A DNA stretch of 64,000 nt from Vicugna vicugna (GCA_013265495.1 MU058213.1:1426001-1490000), one strand, 5' to 3'. Shown: positions 12,431 through 26,759, counted from the stretch's first letter. Notes: generated by a model not told the origin, from the sequence alone. Made by a program: numbers and translations.

Positions 12431-12994
12431 GTGTAGGAGGATTTTTTTCCCCCTCATAACAACATGGCAACCTAGTTTTATTACCTCTGGAAATTTTGTG
12501 AAGGGGAATGGATATGGCAAAAATAGACATTTCCAAGCAATACCCAATCAGGTTTTTGTTTGCAAAAGACTAAGATCATTGGGGAAAATTACTCTGAATC
12601 ATTCCAGAGAGGTAGGGAAGGGAAAGGTGAATGATGAAAGTTGGGAGGTAGAAGTGGGCCAAGCTAAAGAGGAGGGAGGTTTTTTAGAGAATTTCTTTTG
12701 AGACAAGGAAGAGTGTGAGGTTTGGTGAATTCCTTGGAGTCACGGACACCACTGTGCTCCCTTTCAGTGGAGTTCCTGGGACCTTTGATGGGTAAGGCTG
12801 GGGTAATGGATGGACCAAACCTTAAGGGTTATTGCCCCGAGATCTGCAGGCATTAAAGACTGCAGTGCCCATTGTTGCTTTCCTCTAGGAACTATGCAGT
12901 TTTGAACAGTGAGCTTATCAGTTGTAACAGGGCTTTCTGAAGACTGGAGAGGACCTTCCTTAAGTGCTTTGTACAGCATAGGGCACCTCAGGAC

Positions 12995-13950
12995 TCTGTC
13001 TTGACTTACTAAGGTAAAAGTGCAGCTGCTGTAACACAGATACTTCAAAATATAGAGGCTTAAACAAATTTGAAGTTTTCTTCTCTTATAATAATCTGGA
13101 AGTAAGTGAGCCATTCAGGTCTGGTAAGAGGCTTAGCACCACAAGGACATTTAAGATTTCATATTCTTTCTATTTTCGTACCTCACCATCTTCTAGAACA
13201 GGATTTAAAAATCTTACGCCATGGCCCTTTAGGGAAGTCTAGTGAAGTGTGTCTACTCTATCTCAAAAAATGGTTTTAGATGTAATAAAAATATTAAAAA
13301 GACAAATTTGTGATATACTAATGCATACGCTTTTTATTCATTATTAACAAGAACTAGTGCTGTGTCCAATAAATACGTTAGTTTCAAAATAGTGATAAGC
13401 ATAAACTGATGCTCAGTAATGTGATGAGCATATTATTTTTATTATATATGAATAAATGTGGTATGATATGGAAATATCTATGTTTTTTGATGGTGACAAG
13501 GTCACAGATACTGTATATACTACTGCAGTTTGTTGTCTACATTCGTAATTAAAGAAAATACTAAATTTCAATGAAAGCTTATTGAAAATAAAGATGTAAC
13601 TTCCCATCCAAATTTCTGGACCCCCCAAAATTCTATCCATGGGCCCTTTGAAGATCTGTCAACCCCAGGTTGAGGTCCTGGAGTGTAGAAACTGGCTTAC
13701 CTCCATGTGTGTGCTTCAGCCCTAACAAAAACGAAAAAGAGAAGTCCAGGGCAAGCAACCTTGTCTTTATGGAGATGAAGTTGTGCTCATCACTTCTCAT
13801 ACTTCATTGACTTCAGCCTAGTTTATGGCTACACCTAGCTTCAAGAGAAACTGGGTTAGAGGGTCTGTAATCAGTGGCCATGTGCACAGTAAAACTGAAG
13901 AGTTCTATTGCTAACAGAAGGAGACAAAAGATAAATACTTAGTACCCACT
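12995..13950 (-). mobile_element. MaLR LTR (MLT1I/J-like) interrupted by a MER119-like element
   Basis: gcagctgctgtaac...ggcttaaacaaa...; gtttatggctacacctagcttcaagagaaactggg. Confidence 0.6.
13199..13680 (-). mobile_element. hAT-Charlie MITE (MER119-like)
   Basis: cagg...cctg termini; ttttgatggtgacaaggtcacagatactg and ggaccccccaaaattctatccatgg match recalled MER119. Confidence 0.7.
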
Positions 13951-14204
13951 ATAGGAATATAGAACTCCCAAAAGTATGTCTGAAATTAAATTTCCCATCA
14001 GCCAGGCTCTGAAGAGATTGTGTGATTTAGAGAGGATTATTGTGAGGATTAACTATAGTGTGTTCAAGTGGCTGGTCAAGAGTAAGTGCTCAATAAATAT
14101 TCACCAAAGCTGACTTGCATTGTAACCAGAGTCTGAAGAATAATAAACTATGGGAGATAATGTATTGGACTTTTGAAGATGAGGAAGGGTCAAAGAGATT
14201 TATG

Positions 14205-15660
14205 TTTAAACTCATTCATTCATTAGTTCATTCAACAAATATTTATTGAGCTCAGACACTCTTCTGGTTGCCAGAGAAATGGCAGTGAGCTATACAAAGT
14301 CCTTGCTCTCAGTAATCTTTCATTTATTGAGGGAAAATAGGATAACTAAAAAAAAAATCACATATTGGGAACAAAGGGTATAAAAAGAGATAAGGTAAAT
14401 TTTATGGTGAATTGCTGTGACAGAGAGAATTATAAGATGGTCTCCAAGATTCCTGCCTCTGGTTACACTCTCTGTATAATAACCCCTCACCATCACCCAC
14501 TACTTAATTGTGATGGGACCCATGAATTGATGGAGTACCACTTGGATAATTAGATTATGCTATGTGACAAAGGTGGACATATTTTGGAGATGTAATTAAG
14601 GCCCCAAATCAATTGATTCTGAGTTATCAGAAAGGAAATTATCCTGGATGGGCCTGACATACTCAGACAAAAGCCCTGAAAGGAGGAACTTGGCCCTATC
14701 TGAGGTTAGAAAGAAATTCTCAGGCTGGCCTTGAAGGGGAAAGCAGTCACGTTGTGAGCTGCCTATTGAAGGACCACATGCCAAGGACCTGAGGGCAGTC
14801 CCTTAGACTGCTGAGAGCAGATTCCAACTTTTGGCTAGTAAGAAAATAGGGATCTCAGCTATAGAGCCACAAGGAAATGAATTCTGTCAAAAACGTGAAT
14901 GAGTTTGGAAGTGATTTCTTCCCCAGTCAAGCCTTCTCATGAGAATGTAGTCCAGCCAACCTTGATTACAGCCTTGAGAGAGAAGGTGTGCCCACACTCC
15001 TGACCTACAGAAGTTGTGCAAAAATTAATGCATGTTGTTTTAAACCATTGGTTTGTGGTAGTTGTTACACAGCATAAAAATTAATACAAATACTATTTTT
15101 AATGGGATGGTTAGAAAAGTTCTCTCTGATAAGGTGAGTTTGCTGGAGTGAAGGCTTGAAGGAAGTGAGGAGCAAATTGTAAGGACAGCTGAAGGAAGAA
15201 CAGAGGAGTGACCATTCTTGCTGGTGTGTAGAGAACAGTCCAGGGACAGGCACGAATGGAGAAGGAGGCACCAGTTAGGTTGAGAGAAGATGGGCACTTA
15301 GAATAGGATGTTGTGGTGGAGGGCATCAGATTATGGACAAAATTTGCTAAAGGATTAGATTTGGAGTGTTAGAGGAAGAGGATTCAAAGGAAAGCTCCTG
15401 AATGCAGTTGCTACTTGCTGTAATGAGAAGACTGGGGCAGGGTTGTGGTGAGGTGGGGAGAAGCAGGCTTTAGGGAGAAGTCAAGAGTTTGGTCTTGGAT
15501 ATGTGAAGTTTGAGATGCCATCCAAGTGAATTTGTCAAGGGGGCAGTTGTACATGTAAGTTTGGAGTTTAAGAGAGAGGTTGGAAATGGAGATAAAATAG
15601 AAAGTTCCAGCATATAGTTGCTATTTAAACTATGAGACTAGAAGAGAATACCCTAAGAGA
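14205..15660 (-). mobile_element. LINE-2 fragment interrupted by an MLT1 LTR
   Basis: ttcattcaacaaatatttattgagc tail; aagagtttggtcttggatatgtgaagtttgagatgcc. Confidence 0.7.
14416..15088 (+). mobile_element. MaLR solo LTR (MLT1E-like)
   Basis: tgtgacagagagaattataagatggtctccaagatt start; gtttgtggtagttgttacacagcataaaaattaataca end. Confidence 0.8.
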
Positions 15661-15689
15661 GAAAATTCATAGAACAGTATACTTGAAAG

Positions 15690-15850
15690 CCACCTTAAGA
15701 GATTATCAATCTATGCATGAAGAAACTCCAGCCCAGAGAGGCAAAGTGACATTAGGCCTGTAACTAAGGGCAAAACCTGTTACTAGCAGAGCTTAACGAA
15801 AACCCAGGCTTCTTGATTCCCAGCTCAGAGATTCTTTTTACCAAATATCA
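15690..15850 (-). mobile_element. MIR SINE
   Basis: tatgcatgaagaaactccagcccagagaggcaaagtgac...aacccaggcttcttgattcccag. Confidence 0.7.
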
Positions 15851-16449
15851 CAGGTTCCTTTTCTTTTGCTTTTCTAGGGTATTTCTTACACTTGGAAAAG
15901 AGCTGTGCCAAGTCAAGATGACTCTTTTCCATTTGTGGGTTTACAAGCCCCAGACCCAGACCTCTGAGGCATCCCCACCCCAACCTTGATTGTCACCCCT
16001 CAAAGTGCTGATTAGATCTGATAGCTGTGGGAGGCTGGGTCTCATGTAACAAATGAAAATGTATGCTGTGATGTCTATAAACCTCACCCCATCAAATTAA
16101 TAATGAAAAGCCTCCCATCAAAGCCCTCCTTGTGCTCAATAGCCTGTGGCACATTTGGACTCATCAATAGATGTTCAACAATATTACAACTTGTTTAAAT
16201 CTTGGTAAAGTAGTGTTGTGCACTATTGTTATTGACTTCCCCTTTCTAATTACCACCCAAAGGTGACGGATGTTATAGCTCTAATGACTGCATTCTTGGA
16301 GAGTGAATGGCTTTGGGTCTCCACTCATTGTATCTGAGCTGTTCCGATGGAAGAGAACCCCTGGTGAAAGCAGGTCAGCTTTAGCAAGACCACCGTATTG
16401 AGGCCCAGGTGACGTGTGAGATCATTCCCAGAGGGATCTCTGTGACTGG

Positions 16450-17000
16450 TTTGAAACCAGAAATTTTGGAGTCTGTGTGACTGTGAGGCATGGTCATTGC
16501 ATGTATAGCCGGCTTCAGCCAGATTCTATGACAGTCCACAACTCAGGTGGGCATATAGCTTTCTTCGTTTTTTTCCCCCTGTAACTCAGTTTCTGTTTTG
16601 AGACTCCCTTCTTCTGGTTGGCAGAAACATAATCCCCCTCCTTTGTTTTGTGATGTGGCCTAAGTTTTTTTGTGGGCATGGTTTTGTGGTACCCGGGCAT
16701 GAAGGGATTGCCTGTGGGCTTTGATACTGTTCAACACATTTGACTACTGAGATATTCATTTTTTCATCTGGTCCACTCACGTTGAACCACGTGATGCCCA
16801 TGAAATTTTCTTTTTTCCTTTCATGTCTCCTTCAAGCCTAGTGGCTTTCTTCTATTCCTATGTGTTGTTACCATTCTACTTTTTTTTGGGGTCCTAAAGC
16901 TCAGAGATCTCTTTGAGGCTTCCTAAGGTGCTAGCTGCATGGACTTCCTGTGATTCCTCCCCTCTTTGCTTCCTGAGCCCTGTCAGGGTCCTGGCTCTAG
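16450..17000 (+). mobile_element. LTR78-like ancient ERV LTR
   Basis: ccagaaattttggagtctgtgtgactgtgag...ggcatggttttgtggtacc...acacatttgactact resemble recalled LTR78. Confidence 0.55.
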
Positions 17001-17959
17001 GAAGGACCAACATTAAATTTCATTACTGTCCCCTTCTCTGGGGAAGACTTTTCTGGTTTCTCTCGGAAGCTCTCACACTCCTCAGATCCCACTTCTCTCC
17101 AACGTTGTTTTTCATGCCCAGAGTCCTCTCTCGTTCCCTAAAAGTTTAGGTTTTGGAGTTTAGAGTTAGTGTACAGTTTTTTCAAAATAAAATTTATTCT
17201 GAGACAATAAGCACAGTTTAGTTGATTGTTTTTGTGGAGGGGGTGATGGGATAAGGGAGGAAGAATGGAAAAAAGTCAGGAGGTAGGAAACTAAGTTGGC
17301 TAATATAAAAGTAATCACGCCACAACAGGATGCTACTGGAAGCTAGACTTTCCCTCCTCTAGGTCCCTGGGAAGCATTCTGATAATTGGACATTACTTCC
17401 TGTGCAGGGTGGTAGGGGTTGTGGTTAGTCACTTAGAAGTAGACAGAAGTATTTCGAGAAGATAGTGCTTCTTTAGAAACTTCTCTAATTCTTTCACTGT
17501 ATATTTGTATTTTAGAAATTTGATAATGATTGAAATTTGGTAAGATCGAAGAATGGCTCCTTTTCTCAGATTCTCATTGTGGTCTATTTTCTATTATCTT
17601 TTATTAGTTCCATTAACTTCTTTTACAAGAGAGTAGAAGTGCAGGATCTGTTTATATGATTTAGCTCTGTATATCCAGTATAATGTATGCTACATAATAG
17701 GCACTCGATATACTTTTTGAATGATTATTTGGGTCCCAAGAAAAGACTATTGGAAGTTAAGTTCATTGGTATAGAAGACTATGGTTTTTAAAAAGTGTCA
17801 TCCATTCAATCATTTTATTTACTTTTTATTCATCAAATATTTGTGAAACACCTGTAATATTTCAGGACCTGTGCTAGGTCCTTGAATTAAAAAAATTAGG
17901 AGGACATATCCAGTCTTTGAGGGGTTCATTTTTATTAACCTGTACCTTAACTGACATTA

Positions 17960-18260
17960 TCAGCTGCATAGAATTCATTCTAAGTATGTAGCATAGTATA
18001 ACAAGTATCCTGTACACGTGTGGATAGTTTCTAATCTTCAGCTCTTTCAAACAATGTTGATATGAGTCATCATAGGTAAACATCATTTAATACAAGTGCA
18101 TGTATATATGTAGAATAACTTTCCAAATTGTCCTTCATAGAATACCCCTATCAGTAATATATTACAATTTATATCTGCTTTTAAAATGTCCCAACCTTGA
18201 TTGCTGCTAGCAATTACTCTAGGATCTTTAATTTGTTCATTCTAAGATCCAGAAACATCT
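17960..18260 (-). mobile_element. L1ME-like fragment
   Basis: Degraded antisense L1 3' region (ttccaaattgtccttcataga). Confidence 0.45.
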
Positions 18261-18316
18261 TCTTCCATTCTCAGGCATTACACTTAACAGAAACCCTAAA
18301 TTCTGTGGATTGGACC

Positions 18317-18590
18317 ACCATTTCCCTAAGTGTGTTCTGTGAAACACTAGTCCTACAAGATATAGAGTCTAACAGTTACATAAATACCACATAACATGTT
18401 TCCCTCTTGTAGAGTTACAGTGCACTTTAGAACAATAAAGAAACTTCTTTAACTGTGTTTAATCCCAGTGTTTTCCAAACTTTTGAAAAATCACTTTTTA
18501 AACCGATTTACATCTCTTATAACACACACACATGCATGTACATACACACATGCATGTGTGCACGCACACACACACTTTGAGAAACCTTGG
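18317..18590. mobile_element. MER103C-like hAT MITE, followed or interrupted by a (CA)-rich repeat
   Basis: catttccctaagtgtgttctgtgaaacactagtcc...aaagaaacttctttaactgtgtttaatcccagtgttttccaaact. Confidence 0.55.
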
Positions 18591-18964
18591 AAGGAATATT
18601 AACATTGATGCCCTACACAAAAACTCCTCAGACATTCTCAGAAAGGACTCATTTTTTTCTGAAGATAATTTCTGAGGTTCTTCTGACAGGCCAAGAATTC
18701 TTCTCATTTCCTTGCTTTACACAGTTCTAATTCACTTGCAGACATATGCATGATTTCCTAGTTCGTTACAACTGTAGCCACCCCCTTGGTAGAGCTGAGA
18801 ATACTGAAAGAAATTTCTAGTTTGGATAAACTAGAAGCTACCCATTTCACCTCCCAGCTTTGGAGCTGGTAGCTGCTGTTGCATTTCCTTTTCATGAGAC
18901 TCTACTTAGAATCATGCAAACTTAGTAGCAGAATAAAATGAAACTAAAGTAAATCTAGTTTCAT

Positions 18965-19205
18965 AGTACACTAATCTTATAGGGTGCTTAAGCACAAAAA
19001 GGGTTCTGTGGCCTAATAAGTTCAAGAAGCACTGTATAGTATATTTTTGGAGATTTACAGTGTATTAAAAACTTGAGAAATGTTGCAGCAAATTAACTTC
19101 TTTTAAACTAGCATTTTCTAAACTTATGGGACCATCAAACCCTTTTTGTCATGTTAACATTTTATTGGACTGATGTTCTATAAAATATGCTAGAGGAAAT
19201 ACTGA
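18965..19205. mobile_element. MER103C-like hAT MITE
   Basis: aaaagggttctgtggcctaataagttcaagaagcactg...gttctataaaatatgctagaggaaatactg. Confidence 0.55.
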
Positions 19206-19847
19206 CTAAACTAACTCATGTTTCAAGGATAAGGTAAAAACTCAGAGAAGTGAGGCTACTTACCCAAATTTATCAAACTTAATTTTCTTGAATTTGAATT
19301 CAGTTCTGCCTAATTTTTTTCTTTTTTCTCTTTTAAAAATCTTGTGCTATGTTATGTCAAAGTGGTTAGGAAAAAGTTAAATTTAAACATGTAGACTGAT
19401 ATTTACTACTGAATTGTCTGAACAATTGTTTGTGTAATCAGGGGTGAATCCCAAATATAATTTTAAATTCATTTGAATCTGACTGCCTTTTCAACCAAAG
19501 TTTAATTTTAATACTTTTACTTTAAATGATTGCTTTTATAGGTTTAAACTCCATTATTTCAGATAGTTAATATACTGTTATTGCCCTTTTCATAGTTGCT
19601 GGCTTTCTATGTTACTTGAAACTTGATTTAAATTTATATGTATTCCACCTCTATTCAAAAATTATCTTGGCCCTTAAGTTTCACTGAACTTCTGCCCCAA
19701 CCTTTGTAGGAGAAAACAAAGTTGCCCAATTTTTTCTCTCAGCAATCTCTTTGATCATCCTTTACTTTATCCATCCACAGACTTTATGGACACAGGTACT
19801 AGGCATTGAGCTAAATATCACAGCTGACACAATGGGTAATATGTATA

Positions 19848-20003
19848 TGGTAGTCCTTTGGTATCTGGTATCTGCAGGGGTCCTGAGATCTCCAGCAGAT
19901 TTCAAAATCTGAGGACCACAAGTTCCTTATATAAAATGGTGAAGTACAGTCAGCTCTCCCTATCTAGAGATGTGGAACCTTCTGATCCCAAACCCCAACT
20001 GTA
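19848..20003 (+). mobile_element. MER2-like TcMar-Tigger MITE (short)
   Basis: caaaatctgaggaccacaagttccttatataaaatgg...gatgtggaacc...caactgta. Confidence 0.6.
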
Positions 20004-20519
20004 CATAGTTTCTGACCTGGACTAGCTAGCATTCTGGCTGAGAAATATCAAGACCTCTGGCTGAGACTCAGTGTGGTAAAGGAGCATGGCTGCTGTGTAT
20101 GGATGCATAGAGAATGCCTGCACAACTCTGGGGGACACCATCCACACAGATAATGATATGTTGGTTGCCTCTGGAGTTGTGCCACACAGAGGCCCTGAAC
20201 CAGGGGCCTGTATTAGGACTCTATTCTAGCCACCTATATGTTAGGGTTTTTGGCCTTGCTCCAGGAAATCATTTGTGGGTGGAGTTAGAGTGGGAGAAAT
20301 AGCTTCTATTCTGAACAACAGAATTTTTCACATTGTAGGTCACCATTTATTAAGGCAACTCGAAGCTAGGGAGATAGGCTGGCTTCAGGGTCAGCTTTTA
20401 AATGTGACTCAGAAGTTGAATTTCACCTGTGACCTGGCTCTACTCATAAACTATTTAGACAGTGAGCATGGAAGTACTAAAACTTGTTCTGGTTTGGAAT
20501 CAACTCACTGAACAAAGCA

Positions 20520-23090
20520 AGAAAAAAAAAATCACAGCTAGAAATCAATAACAAAAAGGAAGCTAGAAAATTCCTAAATATTTGGAAAATTAAGACATAT
20601 GCTTCTAAGTAACAACCCATGGGCTAAAGAAGAAATCATGATGGTGATTTGAAAATAGTTTGAACTGAATGACTTAAAAAATTTTACATACCCAAACTTG
20701 TAGGATATAGCCAATGCTTTCCTTATTGGGAAATTTATAGCCTCAAGTACATATGATAGAAAGATGGGAGGCTGAAATCAATGAGTTAAGCATCATTTTA
20801 AGAAGTTGAGAAATAACAGCAAATTAAACCGAATAAAGCCGTAGGAATGAATAATAAAGATAAGAGTAGAAAGTAATGAAGAGGAGAACAACAGAAAACT
20901 CCAAACATACAATAGAGAGGATCAATGTGGGCAAAAGTTGTTTAGAAGATGCTAATGAAACTGATAAATCCTTTGTGAGGCAGAGAGGGAGGAAGGAGAG
21001 GAGAGAGAGAAAGGAAATATCAATGTCAAGAATAAAAAAGGGATTATTGCAGATACCACAGATACTAAAATGATTAACAAGAAGCTATTATGAATAACTT
21101 TATAGCAATACTTTTGAAAACTTTGGTGAAATAGATATAATCTTAAAGAAATATAATTTATTTAAAAGTACATCAGAAAACAGAAAAAAATCTGGAGAGT
21201 CTTTTAACTATAAAGAAAGTTGAATTTATAATTAAAACTTTTCCTGCAAAGAAAACTACAGATCAGATGGCTAGTCAGTAAATTACATCAAATATTTAGG
21301 AACAAAATTAATCTTACACAAAAGAGAGAACATTCCTGACATATTTTTAAGTTGAGCATAAGGCCTATCTTATACATTCATAGAAATTTTAAAAAGACCC
21401 AATCAAAATATTAGCAAACCAAACCCAGAAATATGTAACAAGGAAGGCAAAATTGGTGTAGCACTTGAAATCAGTATTATTCACTTAGAATAAGTGATAA
21501 AAAGTGATCATCTCAATAGATTGAGAAATCACATCTTATAAAATTTAATATTGGTTTGTAACAAAAAGTTTTAGTGAATTGGAAATACAGGAAGACTTCC
21601 TTAATATTATCAAGGGTAGCTATAAAAATATCTATTCTTTATGGTTAGAAGCTTTTTCTTTGAGATCAGGAATAGTATAAAGATCCCCATATCACTATTT
21701 CTCTTCAGTATTTTACTGGAAATGCTGTCTAGTGCAGAAAGTCAGGAAAAACAGGGGGAAAAATGTATACAGATTGGAAAGGAAGAAATAAAGGTGTTAT
21801 TCAAAGATGATCTGATTATGTAAAAAATCCAGAAGAATCTACATAAATTATTATAATTAATAAATGACCTCGGCAATACTGGATGTAAGGTCAATATTGA
21901 AATATAAATTGTATGGCTATAGATACTTGCAATAAAAAGTTAAAAAATAAATAAAATATATTATTTACAGTGGCACAAAAATGTTAATTATCTAGGAACA
22001 AATCTAGAAGTGACATGTAAGACATCTATGCAGAAAACTACAAAATATGACTGAAAAAATTAAAAAGAAAATATAAATAAATGAAAGGAAAACCCATGTC
22101 CTATGTGGATTTAAAGACTCAATATAAAGATGTTAATGGTCTCCAAACTGCTCTTGTCAATTCAATCCCAAATAAAAAGCCTGACCCCAATGTAAAGCTT
22201 TTTTTTTTTAGTGAAATAAAGCTGATTCTAAAATTTATAGGAAGATTCAAAGGATCAAGAACTGTCAAAGCATTCTTAATGAAGATCTAGTCAGAAACCA
22301 ATGTGGTATGAATACATAAAATAGTGGAATATAATAGAAAGTTCAGGAGTAGACTACGCATGTATGAACATTGAATTTATAACAAAGGTGGTGCTCCAAA
22401 ATAGTTGGGAAGCTCAGTCTTTCAATAAATTAGGCTGGGACAGGTGAATAAAAACTCATGGAAAAGAGAAATCTTGACCCGTATGTCGTATTATATACAA
22501 AAATCGGTTCCTGATAGATTGTAGATGCAAATGTACGAGGTAAAACAGTAACATTCTAGAAGATAATGTAGGAGAATATGGTCCAGGTAGAAAAAGTACT
22601 AGTTATAAAAGAATAAAGACAAGTACGGCTACATTAAAATTTAGAACTTCTTTTTATCATAAGAAAGTTAAAAAAGCAAGAAGGTATTTGGAACAAATAT
22701 TATAGATGAAGGACTTATATTCAAAATTAAAAAAAAAGGAAAGAAAAGAAAAGTTGATTTGAAAACAACCTAATAAATATATGAGTAAGAGACTTCAACA
22801 GGTACTCCACCAAATATAAAATTTAAGTGGCCAAAACATATATGATATTTTCTTCATTTTCTTAGAAGTCAGGGAAGTACAAATTAAAACCAAAAGAAGA
22901 TACTACTGGTTTTCTTCCTGAATGGCTAAAATTAATAGAACTGGCAAATGCTTGGTGTTCTTTGAGATATGGAGCAAGGGAATCACTTACGCTGAAAAGT
23001 ATGATGGTATGATCACTTTGGAGAACAGTTTGTTGTTATCGACCATTGAACTAATATGGAGTAGATCTGGAATATAATCCCAAGCCTGTG
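20520..23090 (+). mobile_element. Ancient degraded L1 ORF2 (L1M-type)
   Basis: A-rich colinear ORF2 remnants (ctagaaatcaataaca; agattggaaaggaagaaataaag = IGKEEIK; cactttggagaacagttt) with many stops and frameshifts. Confidence 0.85.
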
Positions 23091-23724
23091 AGACAGGAGA
23101 TTCAGCCTACTAGTGAATGAATAAGTGAATAAATAAATAAAGAAGTAAGTGAATAAATACGGGCTCCCTAACTTGCTTAGTTCAATGTGGAACCATTTTG
23201 GAAATCTGTAATGGACCCACAATGCCAGATGCTTCATGCTAAAACTGCATTAAAAGTTATTATGTGTTTTTATAGTTCTTTTGATTCCATTAAATTTGCC
23301 TGGTGATAACTGTCAAGTGAAACAAAATGAGAATAGAGGTGGAAATTCATGTTTCCTGTAGAAAATTCTAATATATATTATTCACTTCTCTAAGCTGTCT
23401 GACTACCTGAGAGATAGGACTCCTTTGCTGGATAATGCTTTGACTATATTTTACTTTATGGACATGTAATTTTCTTAATGTTATAACAGTTCCATCCCTT
23501 TGATGAAATTTTACCATGATCCTCTCTGCAGTCTTACATTTTGTTTATTTCATTTATAGTATTTATCAGTCTGTCTCCTATATCTTCCACTGGTTGGTAC
23601 CAAATTTTAGCCATTCTGTTTTTAAAATGTTTGAATATTCTTCAGTCTCTGCCTCCCATTGCTACTCTTCTAATCCAAACCTTCTGGACCTTTAACCTAG
23701 ACTATTACATTAATATCCTCACTG

Positions 23725-24085
23725 AGTTACATTCATTCATTTATTCATTCCATGTTTATTGAACACTTACTATGAACCAGGTCTTGAGTATAGAATGACA
23801 AAACGTGGTCTCTCTTCTCAAGGACCTTATGCTTACCTGAAGAAAAAGAGACATGAAAACAGAAACTTATAGCATAGTTTGAAAAGTGCTTCAATAGAAA
23901 TATATTCAAGATGTTATGGGAACACAGAGGGAGAAATAAAGAATTCTCAGTGGGAAGTCAGGGAAGTCTTCACAGAAGTTGTGATGTTTGAGAGAAATCT
24001 GTAAGGAAGAAGAGTTTTTCACTGGATGGGCAAGAAGAACTGCAATTCAGGGAGAAGAAATAACTTAGGTAAACTCAGTGAGATG
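23725..24085 (-). mobile_element. LINE-2 3' fragment (nested)
   Basis: cattcattcatttattcattccatgtttattgaacacttactatg tail; gtcagggaagtcttcacagaag. Confidence 0.7.
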
Positions 24086-24272
24086 TGAAAGAACCTCCTC
24101 TCTATTCCCCACTTGTGATATATGGCATACAGCCACTCAAAGTTATGTTTTATAAAAAGAAATTGGGTGTGCAATCTACTCTCAAAACTTTTAACGACTC
24201 CCCAGTTTCTTTAAATCAGAGGACAAATTACTTGGTCTCAAAGCATTCTTTCCAGTTTTCCTTCTTACAACT

Positions 24273-24825
24273 GTTTTGAGATTAGGCTATGCCAATTTGG
24301 TTAATCTAAGAACTCTTATTTCTTAGAACTCCCTCCCTGTAAGGTTTCTGCTTACAGTTGTTCAAAAGAAGAACTTGGGTGAACTTTGAGAGGTAGGAGA
24401 GAAGTAGCAGGCCATGGTTAGATGCAAAGCCTGATAGATTTTGGTGGTCCTCCCTCTGTGTCTAGCTCATCTTCCCAGTTGCTGCCCTGATGACCAATAA
24501 TGGCCTCAAGCTCACTATCAGACTCCTGACTGTAGATGCGCAGAGATGTTGGCTCCTTAAGGGGTAGTAGCTTTCCTTGGCCCTGCCCACAAGTTCCTCC
24601 TTTGTTGTTTCACTTTGTTGGCTGGCTGGATTGGTTTCTTGCATATTCCTGCAAGCTCTGGCTTGTCCTCCCTTGCCAGTGCTTCAGGTAGACTGCTTAA
24701 AGACTTTCCTCTGATCCCCCACCAGAATTCACTTCTCCAGCTCCTTCACCTTTGCATAAGGTCTGATTTCGAAAACAAATCCCTTATTCCTGAATACTCA
24801 TGGTGGCTGTGAACCCTGACTGATA
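24273..24825 (+). mobile_element. ERVL LTR (LTR33-like)
   Basis: tgttttgag start; aaatcccttattcctgaatactcatggtggctgtgaaccctgactgata end. Confidence 0.5.
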
Positions 24826-26759
24826 GAGAGGGGGTTTCTTGAATAGGCCACAAACCTTGACTGCAATATTCCCTTCTCTTACTACCATTTCTAGCATGGG
24901 AAAGTCTTGTTTTTAAAGGTTCAGTTTAAATGTGTCTTCCATTGTGAAAATTTCTGGAACCTTTCTGCTTGCCAGTTTCATACAAACAGTCATCCTAAAA
25001 TACTCTGGACACTTTTTCTTTACTTCTCACTTGAATTATAGTTTCATGTTTGTTATTCTGTCTTCACCACTAAATTGTGAGCTCTTTAAGGTCCAGGAAC
25101 ATGTCTTACTGTCTTTCCTGTCCTTCCCTGTTCCTCCATCCCTTCCTCATACAGGGCTGTGCAAAGCTTCAGTAACCAGTTTCAGCTTATTGACTCGCAT
25201 GTACGACATAAGAGTTGCTTCCAAATCCATAAGGGTTAGGTTACTGATAGCCCCCAGATAGGAGGATTCAAGGTTGAGAATCAGATGACCTTGTAGGCAA
25301 AAGAGTTGGACTTTATATGGAGTATGAGCTATAAAAATATCAAATCACTAAAAAAATTAAATTAATAAAAAATATGGGAGTTTGGTCAGTATTCACTAGA
25401 ATGGCTCATAAATGCACATCTACTAAAATTCTGAAATATACCATTTATTTATTTTAGATTAGATATTTGTTCTTCTAGAAGTGCTGAATATTTTATACAT
25501 GTCTAAAATATCTTAATTTAGTTTTAAGCAATTTAAGCATCAACTCTTTGTCATCTTATTAATTATTTTAATTACATGAAATTTCTCACTAATGCGAGAA
25601 ATATGCCTGTGATAATCAAGGAATAAAAAATTTAAAGACATGGGGGAGTATCACTCTTACATTTAATAAACCTGGAAAAGAAAAAAAAAACAAAGAGTTG
25701 GGGAACTGAGGAAGTGGGTGGACACAAACAAAATCATTTTAACTATTTTGAGATGAAAATAAAATAGTAAGATTAACCGACTAAATAAAGAGAATACCAA
25801 TGACATACTATTCATTATTAGTTGGTTGTAAAGGTTACATCATAGTTAATTTTTATTTCCCACTTTTTGGGGTACTGCAAAATATTTTAGGATTCTCTCT
25901 ACTCTTGTTTTAACAATTTTTAAAAAATGAATTCACTTCCTTCCTTTTGGGCTTTTGTGTCTTCCCCACTATCCAAATATTTAGTGTATTCTCTGATATA
26001 GTAGCTTAGAGTTGTTGCTTCTCTTATCTCAGGTCCCACTTATATTTAGGAATGCAGAGTGACTTGGATGTTAAAGATGGAGAAGAGAGAGAGAGGAAGA
26101 GGGAGGGAGAGAGAATGAGAGAGGGAAACTAGCAAATACGCAAACCCTGAGCCTTTGGGAAAATTTTATTTAACCTATTGATTCTCATTGACTTGGTATT
26201 TCTCACCTCCTCTCCCTAATACAGAGACATAGAGACTTAGAATCTCTCTCTGCTCAGCTAGCTTCATGCGCAAGCATGCTCAGCCCCCATACTCATGTCT
26301 TTTCTTCCTTCCAGTGGGCACAGGAGTGCAGCTCTGAGCCAGGTTTTACCTTTTTTCAGTGTCCTCAGAGAGAGAGAGAGAGAGAAACATTGCAAAAATT
26401 CGTGTTCTGCTGCCTTTTTGGCTCCCTTTCCTCTTCCCTACACCACTTTCTCTTTTTCTAATTATCCCCATTCAGAGGAACTCATAAATCTCATACATTG
26501 TAACTGAAAGTGAAATTCTCCTAGTTGCTACAAAGCTGCTCAAAGGAAATCCACAGATACTGGAATTCTTTATAAAGGGTTGTTCATGGCTCATGAGGGT
26601 TACTCTATATTCAATATTAATAATATTCATGTTCTTGTAGATTTGCCTCCATTTGATTTCCTAAAAAAAAAAAGAAATGGTGATTCCTTATAAAATCTTT
26701 TTCAACTCCTGTTAGAAACGTGAAGATTATTTATCTTAATTGTTTTATTTTAGGAACTT

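Larger units (their letters stand above)
23560..25170 (+). mobile_element. LINE-2 host interrupted by a second L2 and an LTR33-like LTR
   Basis: L2 text at 23560-23720, 24085-24270 and 24830-25170 ending ctaaattgtgagctctttaaggtccaggaacatgtct. Confidence 0.6.
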
